A DNA stretch of 64,000 nucleotides from Monocercomonoides exilis PA203. Taxonomy: Eukaryota; Protista; Preaxostyla. The translations under genes were made by a program, and so were the position numbers. The notes under the pieces are model-generated. The model did not search any database, had not been told where the DNA came from, and worked only from the letters and a program-made list of their open reading frames with translations. Shown here piece after piece: positions 13,501 through 25,658 of the stretch (within the stretch, counting starts at the first letter, position 1; every line of letters starts with the position of its first letter). The stretch is from positions 2,542,001 through 2,606,000 of the forward strand of contig LSRY02000001.1 of the NCBI GenBank assembly GCA_001643675.2. The letters run 5' to 3'.

Positions 13501-16500
13501 TTCTCGAGGTGGTGTTCATTCTCGCTTTTGGGGCGCAGACAGCCCCGCTTTCAGAAGTGCACCCAGTTTTGCGTGTGTTCATGGCGGTTGCGCACAGCGT
13601 GAGCGACAGAGGATGTGGGATGGGAGTGATTGACTTGTCGAGGATGGAGCCTGGGGTGATCCTTCTGATCTGCTTCACAATGGTGCTTTCGGCGTATCCG
13701 TTCATTCTGACGCTGCATGCAACAGCGATTTCGGTGGAGAAGGCGGCGGCGGAGGAGGAGACTGAGGAGACTGAGGAGAAAGAGGAGGTGGCTGTGATGG
13801 AAGGAGGAGAAAGAGGAGAAAGAGGAGAAAGAGGAGAAGAAGAAGTGGAAGAGGAGAAAAGAAGTTCATTTGATGCATCTTCAGAGACAGAAAAAGGATT
13901 GAGAAGAAAGCGAAGTGAAAACACAGAAAGCGATCAGATTGACAGTTCGATTGAGGTTGGGGTGAAAGCAGAGGCGAGAAAAAGGTGGGAAGAGGAGCAG
14001 AAGGAGAGGAAGAGGAGAAGGAGAAGGATGATGGTGAAGAAGCTGTTGAAGAAGGAGAAGAGGAAAAGGAAGAGGAGGAAAATGGAAAGAAGAAGGGGAA
14101 AAGGAAGAGGAGGAAGAGAATCGGCAGAGGTGATCCAGAAGAAAGAGAGCGAAGAGCGTTTTGAGGACTATTTTCCGAGTCGCCATTCGCTGCACAATTC
14201 AGCAGAAGAAGATTCAGATGAAGGCAAAAGCAATTCTGAAACATCATCAACTTATTCTTCTTCTTTTTCTTCTTCCTTGTCATCTCTTTCATCTTCATAT
14301 TCATCACTATTTTCTTCCTCGTCATCATCATCATCTTCCTCTTCCTCTTCCATTTCGTCTCCTTCCAAGCCATCCATCTTTCAGTCCAATCAATCCACAC
14401 CACATCTTTCTCCTCCCTTTTCAATTTACACAGCAAAATCCACATTCACCACTCGCCCATTCAGAGACGAGCCATTTTCTTCTTCTTCTTCCTCCTCTTC
14501 CTCTTCTTTTCCTTCTCCTCTTCCTTCTTCTTCGAAGGTCTCAACTCCTCTTTCTCCACTGAATGAAAGGATGGAAGGCTCAGATGAAATGATTGCTCCG
14601 ATTTCTTCTCCTTCCTCTTCATCTGAATCACCTGAATTTCAAGCATCAAATCTGCTATGTCCTCCTTCTCATCCTCCACTTCCTTCTCCCTCATCATCAT
14701 CATCATCTTCTTCTTCTAATTCTTCTTCGCCTTCTTCATCTCAACAAGATTCTAATCAACAAGCAATCACAGCCCCTTCTTCATTGCCTCTTCCTCTTCT
14801 TCCTCCATCAGCATCATCATTATCCTCTTCTTCCTCTTCTTCTTCCTCTTCCTTTTCCTCTTCTTCTTCTTCATCTTCTCAAATATCTCCTTCTTATTCA
14901 CTTCCTCTTGATGTCAGCCACATAACACAATCGCATCCTTCCTCTTCTCTTTCTTCTTCCTCCTCCTCTTCTCTTTCTCCTTATCCTCTATCCCTTTCTT
15001 CTTCTCAACCGCATTTGCGTCGTCATCCAATCAAGCAAAACAGAAGTGAAGAATTAAACACGAAAAGTCGAACTGTCTTGCCAAAGAAACATCATTTGAA
15101 TAGCAAAGGGGAAGAAGAAGAAGATGATGATGAAGAAAATTTGAAGAAAGAAGAAGGAGAGGGAAAAGAAGGAAATGATGAAAATGAACATATTCATCGC
15201 CATCATCATGAAAATGATAACAAACATAAACATAAACATCATCATCATCATCACACTCATCACAGCAATCATTCAATTCATCAATTAAGCTGTTTGAATG
15301 AGGAAAATGAGGAGATGAAAAGAAAGAAAGGAAATGAAAGGAAAAGAGAAAAGGAAAGAGAAAGAGAAGAAGAAGAAAGAAAGAATAATCAAATTAGTTC
15401 AACGTATACTCATCTTCCTCTTCCTATTTCAAATTTCCCTTCTTCTTCTTCCTCTTCAATTTACATTCCTTCATCTTCCTCTTCCTCTTCCTCTTCCTCT
15501 TCTCTTCTTCTCCCTCATCGCCCTCTTTCCATTCTTCAGCCATTCAAAAACACAATTTCGTTGTATCGAAAAAGAGTGAGCGACAGAACAAGCAAAGACT
15601 TGCACCAGAGAGGAAGATTTATTCAGCCTGTGTTTGTGGCAAAGGGGGGAAGAGAAGAAGAAGAAGAAGATGATGATGATGATGATATGAAAGGAATAAG
15701 AGAGGAGGAGGAAGAAGAAAATGAAAGAGAAGGAGAAAAAGAAAAAGAAGAAAAAGAACCATGTGATGTAGATTCAGGATTGCTTAACAGTCAAAGCCTT
15801 TCTCAATCATCACCATCATCTTCTATTTCTTCTTCTTCTTCTTCTTCAAATAATAATCCACCTCCTATTCTGCTTCCTCTTCCAATATCTTCCTCTTCCT
15901 CTTCTTCTTCCTCTTCTTCCTCTTCTTCCTCTTCTTCCTCCCCCTCCTCAACTTTTTCTAATTCCTCCACTCTTTCTAATTCCTCCTCTTCTTCTTCCTC
16001 TTCTTCTCTTCCCTCTCATCATCAACCAAACAAATCTCGTTCATTCTTTTCTCTTCTTTTTCGCCGTCCTTTCGACAGAAAATACGAAGTTGATGTTGAA
16101 AAAGGTGGAATTTCGAATGCTTCTTCTTCTTCTTCTTCTTCTTCCCATCTTTCTTCTCCTTCTATTTCTTCTCCTCAATCTTTTTCTTTTCTTCCTCCTC
16201 TTCCAACAAACAATGAACAAGTACAAACAAACAAACAAACAAAACAAGAAGAACTGAATTTGGATAATTCTTTTTATTCACAAAATTTAAGAGAAAATAA
16301 AGAAAATAAAGAAAATAAAGAAAATAAAGAAGAAAAGAAAAAAGAAGAAGAAACGAAGGAAACATCAAAAGATTCGTCGAATTTGAAAGGAATTGCAAAA
16401 GTGTTCAGTTCTCTTTCTTTGATGGAACAAGAAGAGAAGAGAAGAAGAGAAAGAAGAAGAGAAGAAGGAAAAGATAAAAAGGAGGAAATAAAAGAGAATA

Positions 16501-18686
16501 ACAACAAAGAAGAAGAAAGCAATGAAGAAGAAGAAGACGATGATGATGATGAGAAAAGCAAAGAAACAATTGAACCTGATCTTCTCTCAGGAACATATTT
16601 AACATCCAATTCTTCTTCTTCTTTTCCTTCTTCTCTTTTATCTTCTTCTTCTTCTTTATCTTCTTCTTCTCCTTTATCTTCTTCCTTTCCATTGTCTTCT
16701 TCTTCACCAAAATATCAAACAGAAACAAACATTTTTCTTTTGTCTCCTTCTCCAAACGAAACACCCAAAAAAGATTATTTGGAAGGAAAAAGAAGAGAAA
16801 AAGAAAAAGAAAAAGAAGAAGAAGAAGAAATGAAAAATGAAGGAAAAGAAGAAATTGGAATGAAAAGAGCAATTGTTGATGTTTCAGATGAGATGAAAGA
16901 AGAAGAAAGAGAAAAACACAAAGAAGATGAAGAAGGAAAAGAAAGGAAAGAAAACGGCAGCAAAACCAAAGAAAAGCAAATAAACTCCTCAAAATATGGA
17001 TTATTTTCTAAATTTCCAGACATTTCTTCTTCATCTTCTTCCTCTTCTTCTTCAACAGATTCGTTCTCATGCAACGAAGAACAAGAAATTCCTTCTTTTT
17101 CAACAACATCATCATCAGAAAATTTGAGAAAAGAGGAAGAAGATGATGAAACAGAAATGAAAGCGATTAAAACAGCAAATGCATCACAAATGATGGATTT
17201 GAATGAAGAGAAAAGAAATTTCGATGTTTACAAAAGGAAATCTTCAATTCTTCCTTCATCATCATCTTCTTCTTCTTCGTTGACCCCTTCTCAAATATCT
17301 TCACCTTCCCAAACAGACAAATCAACAAAATCAAACAAATTCCCAGATAAATCTGTTGGTTCCCCAAATAAATCAAATAAAACGAACAAAACGAATAAAA
17401 CAAACAAAAAAGCAAAATTAACCTTTTTTGAGCGCTATCCGTCAATCCACTTGCTTTCCCGCCTTTTCATTGATTTTGCCTCCATCCAGCGCGAACATCC
17501 ACTTTTGAGAGATTTGATTTGGCTTTCTGTTGGGTGGCTGATTGTTGTGTGTGTTGAGTTGCCGTTGGTTGAAGGAGAGAAAGGAAGTTGTGAGAGAATG
17601 AAGGAAATAAATGGAATAAATGGAATAAATGGAGTGAATGGAGTGAATGGAGTGAATCAGATTAAAGGAATACAAAAAATGAATGAAAGTGTGGAGAATA
17701 ACAAAAAACATAATTTTTCTTCTTCTTCCTCTGATTCTTCCTCCAATTCTTCTCCCTCTCACCCACCTTATCTCTCTTCACTCTCTCTTCTGCACGAGCT
17801 GGCCTCTGATTATTCCGGGACAGGAATGAGTTTTGGCTGGTTTGGCTCAGAAACAGCACTTTCTGTTCATCTTTCGGGTGTCACGCAGTGGATAGTGATT
17901 GTGTTGATGGCGATGGGGAAGCAGAGGGGTTTGCCTTCAGAAGTGGACAGATCGATTGCGAAGGGCTCGTTTGATGGAGCACCAGAGGAGGTGTTTCGGC
18001 TGCTGGGGTGGGAGGAGGTGAGGGAGATGGGGCTGACGAGGGAGAGAGGGAAGGGGAAGACCAAAGGGAAGAAGGAGAAGGAGAAGGAGATGAAGGAGAA
18101 AGGGAAGAAGAAGGATAAAGGAGAAGATAATGAGAAAAAGAATGAGAATGATGACATTTCAAAGCAATCAACAGAAACAACAAAAACGAAACTTTTCAGC
18201 AAAACACCTTTGAGACATATTGTTTTTCCTTCTTCATCCTCATCTTCTTCTTCTTCTTCTTCTTCTTCTTCTCTGCAAAGCAAAGACTTTCCAAATATCT
18301 CTTCCACACTCACCACAATTGCACACACTCCTCTTTTTCTGACTTCTTTGCCTGACTCAAGCTACACTTTCTCTTCTGCCCTTCCTTCTTTCAAATCTTT
18401 ATCATCATCTTCATTATCATCTTCTTCTTCCAATCCATCAAACTTGAAAGGAAGTGTTTTGGAACAAAATGATTTGTCAAAATCGAATCATTTGCCTCGC
18501 TCATCTTTCATGGACATTTTTGTTCCTCCTCCTGTTTCATCGTCTTCGTCGTCATCGTCATCTTCTTCTCCTCCTCCTTCTTCTTCATCTCCTGTTCGCC
18601 CTTCTTTTCATCCTCCAAATCATTCTTCTTATTTGTCTTCTTCTTCTTCATCTTCTCCTTCCCCATTAAATCAACCTGATTTATGA
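10568..18686 (+). CDS. TRK: Trk/Ktr/HKT-family cation (K+/Na+) transporter, ~2681 aa, with very large Ser-, Glu/Lys- and His-rich insertions; exons 10568-10747 and 10821-18686
   Basis: Four membrane-pore-membrane units with pore motifs SAVCGVGLAG, FTAVSAFNGAGLSIT, HSVSDRGCGMGVIDLS...MVLSAYP and LHELASDYSGTGMSFG. The C-terminal GKQRGLPSEVDRSI matches the fungal Trk motif GRHRGLP..LDRAI. A phase-0 GT..AG intron (10748-10820) joins the ORFs at 10550-10774 and 10830-18686. Confidence 0.88.
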
Positions 18687-19532
18687 AAAATTGAATATCC
18701 TTTTTGTGATTTCATTTTTTCTTTCAAATGAATTTTGTTATGGATTGAAGCAAGTGAGAATTTTTGATTTTTGATTTTTAATTATTTTAATTTAATTATT
18801 AAAAATTTGTTATTCTTGTTCATATTATTATTCTGATGTTTTCATGTAAAGACTGTTCAAAGAGCATATTGCGTTGTATGTAGAATGGAAATCAATTGCT
18901 TATATATGTCATATTCAAAGCCAACAGATTTTTATTTTGTTTGTTGGCAAATCTTTTTTGTTTAGAATTTTTGATTGTTGAATATTTTTACAGCTTTTAA
19001 ATTGTTGTGTTTTATTCACACTTTATGCATGCTTTTTGCACTTTGATTGTTTTGCTTTGTTATTTTTTCTAATTTGATTATTTTTCATTTTTGTTTGTTG
19101 CACAAAATGTTTAAAGTTGTTTCGCTGATTTCAATGATTCACTGACAAGTGCAAGAAAGTGATTGCATTAAAGTTGTATTCTTATATATTCTGCATTGCT
19201 TATTGTTTGGTATTCACAATTTCGACAATTTCATTTCTTTATTGAGAAAGGAAACAAAAAATCGATATGTTTTGTAACTCAATTTGAGTTCCGAAATTGA
19301 TTGCTGCCTTTTTTTTGTCCAAAAGGAAACAAGAAACAAATCATTCAAACGACTTTCATTCTGAAAAACATTCGTTTCAATTTGCTTTGTTGTTTATTTC
19401 AATTTTTCTCTTTTTGTCAATCGAAATACATGCAACTTTGAATCATTTAACATCTCAAAACTTTTTTAAGAATAAAAAGGATGTTAAAAAAGGAGAAGAA
19501 AAAAGAAAATACAAAAGGATAGAAAAGTGCTC

Positions 19533-20995
19533 TTAATACAAATGTTCAAAAAAATAATCTGCATAATAGTCAGAAAGAGAATAATCATAACGAAATTTCA
19601 AAATTCGTGAAACAACATGAAAGCTTGTGATGATGTCTTCATATCCTTCTTCTTCCAGTTTATCAAAAACTTTCTTTTTTGTTGACTTTCTTTTCGTTTC
19701 TTCATTTTCATTTCTCTCTTTTTCTTTCATTCTATTTGAAATTACCAAAAAGAATTTCAAACATTTCATCAAATGGCGATTTAATGTTTGACTTTGAATC
19801 TCCTCCAAGACAGCATCAAATGACCAACCTTTCAAAATCCCTTCAATCTTCATCGTTCTGTTCATCACTGTTCCATATAATATATTCACGCAACATTCGC
19901 TCATATTCATGTTAATATCCCTTGCAGCTCTGAGTAATCGCACAATGCTGTAGACAAGCAGAACAGATTCTTCGTTCCACAATTTGCACATGGTCAAATA
20001 ACGGCCAATCACAAAGAGCCATTTCATCATCATGTGCTCTTCTTCTGGTTCTTTTCCAATTCCTTTTTCTTTTTTCGCTTCTTTTTGCTTCTTCTTCCAA
20101 TCTTCATGTTTCATCAACTTTTCGAGTCCTTTTGAAGCTTCTCTCACAAAATGTAGCTCATTCACAATCACTCCCTCCAAACTTTCGTCGAACACGAATC
20201 TTTTTATCAAAAACTGCCAATCAGACTGATAAGCAATTTGAGTGAGATGGCGATGTTCCTGGTGATACAGGATGATTTCTTTGATTTCATTCAAATGCAC
20301 AATTTTTCCTTTTCCCTAATGAAAAACAGGAAAAGAAAAATATCATAATATCAAAAATGAAAAAATAATATTCATACTCGGTATCTAACAGTACTCAATG
20401 CAAACAATGCCATTTCCACTTCTTTTTGTTTTTTTTCGCTTTCATCCTTGTTTGCTGCCTCTTTCAGAAGGCAGGACACACAAACTTTTGTCATGGTTTT
20501 ATTAATGGACTTAAATTCGTTATGCAATAAAAGGTAACACTCACAGAGATCAGTCAAAAGCCTTTCATTTTCACCTTCTTTCTTCTTCTCTTCTTCAACA
20601 ATAAGATTTTTAATCCTTTTTCCCAATGAAGATCTTTCAAAGAAACTTGAAGCAAATCCTTTCAACGAATAGAAACACCCCATGTGCTTCGGAAAAAGCA
20701 ATATATTTCTTAAAGGAGTTTTCTTTCCCTTTGTGATTTTTGTTATTTTGTTGAACAATTCAATTGTGCAAGTTGTTTCGAATTCATGCTTGCTCATCTC
20801 ATCAATCATCCATTCATTTCTTCAATTTTGACTTTCTGTTCATCCTCGTTGCAACCTTCAAGTTCGTCAAACAGTTCTTCATATAACACGAAAAGGGTGA
20901 AAAACTGTTTGTTTTTTAAAACATTTAGGAATGAACAAACTCTAAAACTTGTCCACAATGTTCATTTCTTGAATTCCATCATCTCCAGCGTCCAT
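19533..20995 (-). pseudogene. Hypothetical gene family, copy B (5' end disrupted; possibly translatable from the ATG at 20809)
   Basis: Introns 20877-20940 and 20317-20378. Exon 1 has a TAG (20942-20944) where copy A has TTG, and it shares the frameshift near 20810 with copy A. The ORFs at 20372-20809 and 19533-20300 are open. Confidence 0.75.
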
Positions 20996-21230
20996 TCTAT
21001 TTGTGATTCATTCAGGATGCAATGAGCACAACAGTACTTCAAACAATGAAATTATCAGCAAAAACAAACTTCTTTTTTTTATTTGACTGTTTGGAAATGT
21101 TTTTGATTAAATTCAATTTGATAGGTTTTTTTCTACAAACAAATGTGCAATATGTTACAGCAACAAAACCAATGATTGTTTTTGTATTTGAGAAGAAAAG
21201 CACACCTTTTTCTTTATTTTGATCAAACCA
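20286..21230 (-). repeat. ~940-bp near-identical direct duplicate of 7895-8836
   Basis: ORFs 8395-8634 and 20786-21025 are nearly identical, as are 8164-8418 and the 5' part of 20372-20809. Similarity covers the upstream region through intron 2, then drops in exon 3. Confidence 0.9.
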
Positions 21231-21639
21231 TCATCACATATATTTTTCTTGAAAAAAATGAACCATTTGTATATTGTTTTCATTTTTTCCCTTTATCAAT
21301 GGACTTAAGTTTATTTTATTAATATGAATAATGACAGAAGAGAAAATGAAAACAAAATTAGGTGATGAGAAAAATCTGTGATTCAAATTTGTGGTGTATT
21401 TCAGAAATAAAAATGGAAATGAAAATGATTTTTGAATAAAAGATTTAAAGTTTTTTCATTTGTTACTATTTCATTCTTGTTTGTTTCATTCGATAAATCT
21501 CAGGAATTGTTTGAGGGTTTTGTTATGAAAACAGACAGTCAAAATGGAATAACAGAACAAAAGCATCGGAGAGTTCATGTGAAAGAAGAAATGAAAAATA
21601 TTCATAGGCATATGGAAGACCAAGGCTGCTCCCATTAAT

Positions 21640-22700
21640 CAGGATAATAGTAAGTATTTTTTAAAAAAAAGGTTTATGCAAAAGAAATCTTTTAGAGTTC
21701 GACTTCAACAGCGAAAAAATAATTTTCAGTCTTTCACAAGGTCATTCAAAAAGAGATGTTCACGCATTAGCATGCAATTTTGTTGAACATCATTGACACC
21801 AATGGCCACTTGACTTCATCTGAAAGGAAACAGCTAGCCGAAGACGGAGAAGATGAATATTTGTGATATGATCTTTCTTCTATTGCATCTTCCCGCCCAA
21901 TCTTCAAACGCTCTCCTTTCAGACTTGAAAATTTTCTTCAATAAAATTACAACATCTTTTCACTTCTGCTCCTTCTTCACTTGGCGCTACATGCTCAGCT
22001 GCAAAGACATCGATGCCTGGACAGCAGCTGCAGAATAAGCTGAAAGGCATACATTACTATTGCAGGTTCAGAGGAGGGAAAAATACAAAAAAGCAAAATG
22101 AAGAATAATTGTTCTGAACACAGGAGTTCGTGCTGAAGCCAAAAAGGAAAGCAAAAGAAGTCACCAAAATGAATTTGAAGCTTAGATGATATCAAAGATA
22201 CTGGTTGTGTCATGGGAAGCACAAGCCAGTTTCAACTGCTTCAAACACAAACATTGCATCCTTTAGCATCTTGTACATCTCTTCATACGGCATTGTCAAT
22301 ATTATCATCCTCAAATGACAGAGTCCAAGTGTAAAATCATGCGCATGGTTCCAGAGTCCTGCACCTCTCTTGAGATCAACACTTTCATCAGCCAATACGC
22401 AATCTTCTTCTTCTTCATCAATTTCAGATAATTTTCTTCTCTTTCTTTCAGATCATCTTCACTTTTATCTCAACATATCAATATATCGTCTTCCTTTCCC
22501 AAACAATCATTGTTGCCTTCTTCTTTTGCTTATGTCTCTTCCTATCTTCACATATTTATTTCTATATAATTTCTTCAAATATTTGTTCATCGTTTTCTTC
22601 TTCATTTCACTCATTATTTCTGGCACAGAAGCTGATGAGAATAACTCTGATTACACAATATGGATAATGTTAATAATGGAATTGTGATGTGATTTGAAGT
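21640..22700 (-). pseudogene. Possible decayed coding fragments (unknown product)
   Basis: Protein-like ORF piece at 22210-22395 (LWNHAHDFTLGLCHLRMIILTMPYEEMYKMLKDAMFVFEAVE), flanked by interrupted coiled-coil-like sequence. Confidence 0.3.
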
Positions 22701-23239
22701 AGACTTGCATGTGGAAGAAGATGACGAATGAAAGAGAAATGAATGTTATCACAATAAATTGGCTGTTCTTCAACAACGTTGAGGAGGAAAGATGAAAAAT
22801 GTTGACGTTCATTCAGCGATTCTCATGTTGAGGATGATGATACAATTTAAATGAAATCTTCATGATCAAGGCACAATGCTCACTTGATCAAGAACAAAAA
22901 TTGAAATGGGGCACAAGAATCACTTTTCTGAAAAACAAGGAAGAAAACAAAAACCATCGAATTCTCTTTCATTTGCTGTGGCATCGAAGAAAGCAAACGA
23001 TGTGTGATAATCACCTTGCTTTCTCAAAATGGCTGTCCCTTCGAAGAATGAAATCCAAATGTGGCTGGCCTGAATGTTGTTCGACTGTCAATAAATACTC
23101 GACAACTGGATGTCTCATAGTTGGCGTTTCTCCACTCTCTTGAAGCAAAAGCGGAATCAGAAATAGAATTTATTTGCTTTCCATGCCTGCCTGGCACAAT
23201 CCAAGAAACAGGAAAGTCTTTTAAATATAATTGACATTT

Positions 23240-24070
23240 TGGTAGTCTCCTTTTTTTCATTGAATTGTTTCCATTTTTTGTGATTAATATCCTTCCCTTG
23301 ATATTTCCAGTTGCTTTCCTTGTACAAAAAACCGCTTCCCCTGCCTAACATTCCAAAATGTTATATAATATTGTGCAGATTTTGTCTTCACAGAATTCCT
23401 TCTTGTTATCTTCATTCAATGAAACATCAGTCGAATTTGATTTCATCTCTTGTTCAAACAAAAATCATGTATCTTCCGTAACTTCCTTTATTTCCCAATG
23501 GCTGTATAATACTCAGCTCCATTCCCATCGTATTGCTCCACAAAGCGGAGATTGGCCATTTCAACAATAACTCACATTCCTTGACTTTGGAAAGGTCACA
23601 GATAGAAATATCCTCACAACATACAGAACAATACAAAATACATACATTATGTCTTTTTGTGTTATTGATGAAATTGGTGTATTTCCCTTGGCCATACAAT
23701 TTTCAAAAATCAACAGAAAGAATTTCATAACCAGCGCAAAGATAAAGATGTATTGTCCTCTGCAAATGTCAATTATCTTTTTCTATTGAAAATGTTCATT
23801 CTCAGTTCTCTCATTTGGAAATTCAATTTTCAACTCAAAGAAACAACTACGATCTTTGATTCCATTACAAAAATTCAAGAAATATTCATCGTTGTTTCTC
23901 TTCCTAACTATTTGTCAAAAATGCAAATGCTAAGAAGTATGGTGTGAACGCAAATATTTTATGACTTTTTTTGAGTATAAATTTTCATCGATGCTGTCTT
24001 TCCATACAAATACGAATTCAATGTGAATGATAAAAATTTTACTGATTTGTGAATAAAATGTTCTTATAAA
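23240..24070 (+). repeat. Conserved upstream module of family genes (copy upstream of C)
   Basis: Homologous to 31510-32350, to the reverse complement of 43150-43980, and more distantly to 27150-27900 and 61990-62450. Shared core GATTGGCCATTTCAACAATAACTCA. Confidence 0.8.
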
Positions 24071-24071
24071 A

Positions 24072-25475
24072 ATGCAGAAGATGTGCAATACAAAAAAGTT
24101 CAATGGTGTGCATTCGTTGTTTCATTTGAATTCCTGATGATTGTGGTTCTTTCTGTCTCAGAAATGTTTTCTGAATTAGAAGATTGCGATGAGGATGAAC
24201 GGAAACAGAAAATCGAAGAAATGAATGAACTTATTAGCGATATGAGCAAAGAAGAATTTTATGGTATTTTCAACTTGGAAATGTTCGACCTATTCGACAA
24301 AATGATTGATGAAATGAAAATACCATTTGAAAATGCAATTATTCTATTGAAACACGCAGGATATTGGAGATTATTGAAAGATATGTTTATTAATGGATTT
24401 GAAGAATCTTCATTGAAAAGAAGAATTGAGAAGATGATAGTTGACAAAGAATACAAGAAAAAGATAATCGAAGAGAAAAAAGCAATGCATTTGGTTAATG
24501 CTTGTGAATCCTGCGTTTTTCTGAGTAGACACTTCTTTCCACCTGAATTGTTTACAATTTGTGTTTCTTGTCTGTTGAAATATGTGTCGAACAAAGAAGA
24601 AACTGAGGAAGTTCAAAAGGAAGTGGAAATGGCGTTGCTTGCATTGAGCAAATGTTACTATTTAGGAGTGTGTTTCTTTTTTAATTTTGATAATATTGAA
24701 AATTTTCATTTTTTTTTTTTTTTTTTTTGAGAATTTGGATCAAAAAGTGTTTTTGAATGAAATCAAAGAGATTATCCACTTTCACCAGGAACATCACAAC
24801 CTTACACGACTTGCGTATCAATCGGCTTGGGAGCTTTTGATTTACACATTAATTGGAGAAAAATTTTATGAACAAGTGATTGTGATAGAGCTGCATTTTG
24901 TGAGAGAAACAAGAAGAGAACTGGAAGAGCTTTCAAAGTGTGTGGATTGGAAGAGAAAAAAAGTGGAAAGAGAAAAAGAAACGAAAGAAGTGATTGTTTT
25001 GATGAGATGGCTAAATTCATTGGAGTTTTTCTTTCGTTTCTGCTCATTTTGGAATGAAGAATTTGTTGGGCTTTTCGGCAATGTTGTTCAGTTATTTCGA
25101 GCATCAAGTGGCAATCACAGAGAAATAAGAGGGGAATGCATTGATTTTTTTCGAGAAGCAGCCGGAAATAAAATTATGAAAGTTGAAGGTTTGTTGAAAG
25201 GAGGAGCTATTGATGCTGTCTTGGAAGAGATCTCGCAGCAATCATTGAATGAAGATAATAAAATTTGTTGTTTCTCATTTTTCTTGGAGCTTTCAGAAAG
25301 ATTGCAAGAAGAAAAGGAAGATGAAAAGGAAGAGGCGAAAAGGAAAGTGTTTGATAAGATGGAGGAAGAAGGATTGGATGATTGCATCATCATGTTTCAT
25401 CATTTCTTGCTTGAAGAAGAACTCCCTTTCAGTTATCCTGACGAAAATCTGGAGTGTTATTTCATGCCTTTGTGA
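24072..25475 (+). CDS. Hypothetical gene family, copy C (apparently intact; exons 24072-24105, 24162-24667, 24732-25475)
   Basis: MQKMCNTKKFNE-MFSELEDCDEDERKQKIEEMNE...HNLTRLAYQSAW...KMEEEG...YFMPL*. The GT..AG introns keep the frame and sit at the same positions as in the other copies. Confidence 0.85.
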
Positions 25476-25658
25476 AGAAGGTATTTTATTTTTATTTTTA
25501 TTTTTGTTTTTGTTTTTGTTTTTGTTTAATTTCGAAGTTGTGAATGAAAGTAGTTTTTTTAACAAAATAACTCAATTATATGTTAAATCGCGAAATGAAC
25601 AAAAAAGAAACAGAAAAATTGAAATTCTTGAACACAAAACCCTAACCATTTCATTTCC

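Noticed and set aside
11395-18669. Many overlapping short ORFs within the Trk gene
   Set aside because: They are by-products of stop-poor TCT/GAA low-complexity tracts.
24083-24163. ORF-track N-terminus MQYKKVQWCAFVVSFEFLMIVVLSVSE as a signal peptide (also at 32364)
   Set aside because: It is a GTG-start read-through of intron 1. The spliced start is MQKMCNTKKFNE.
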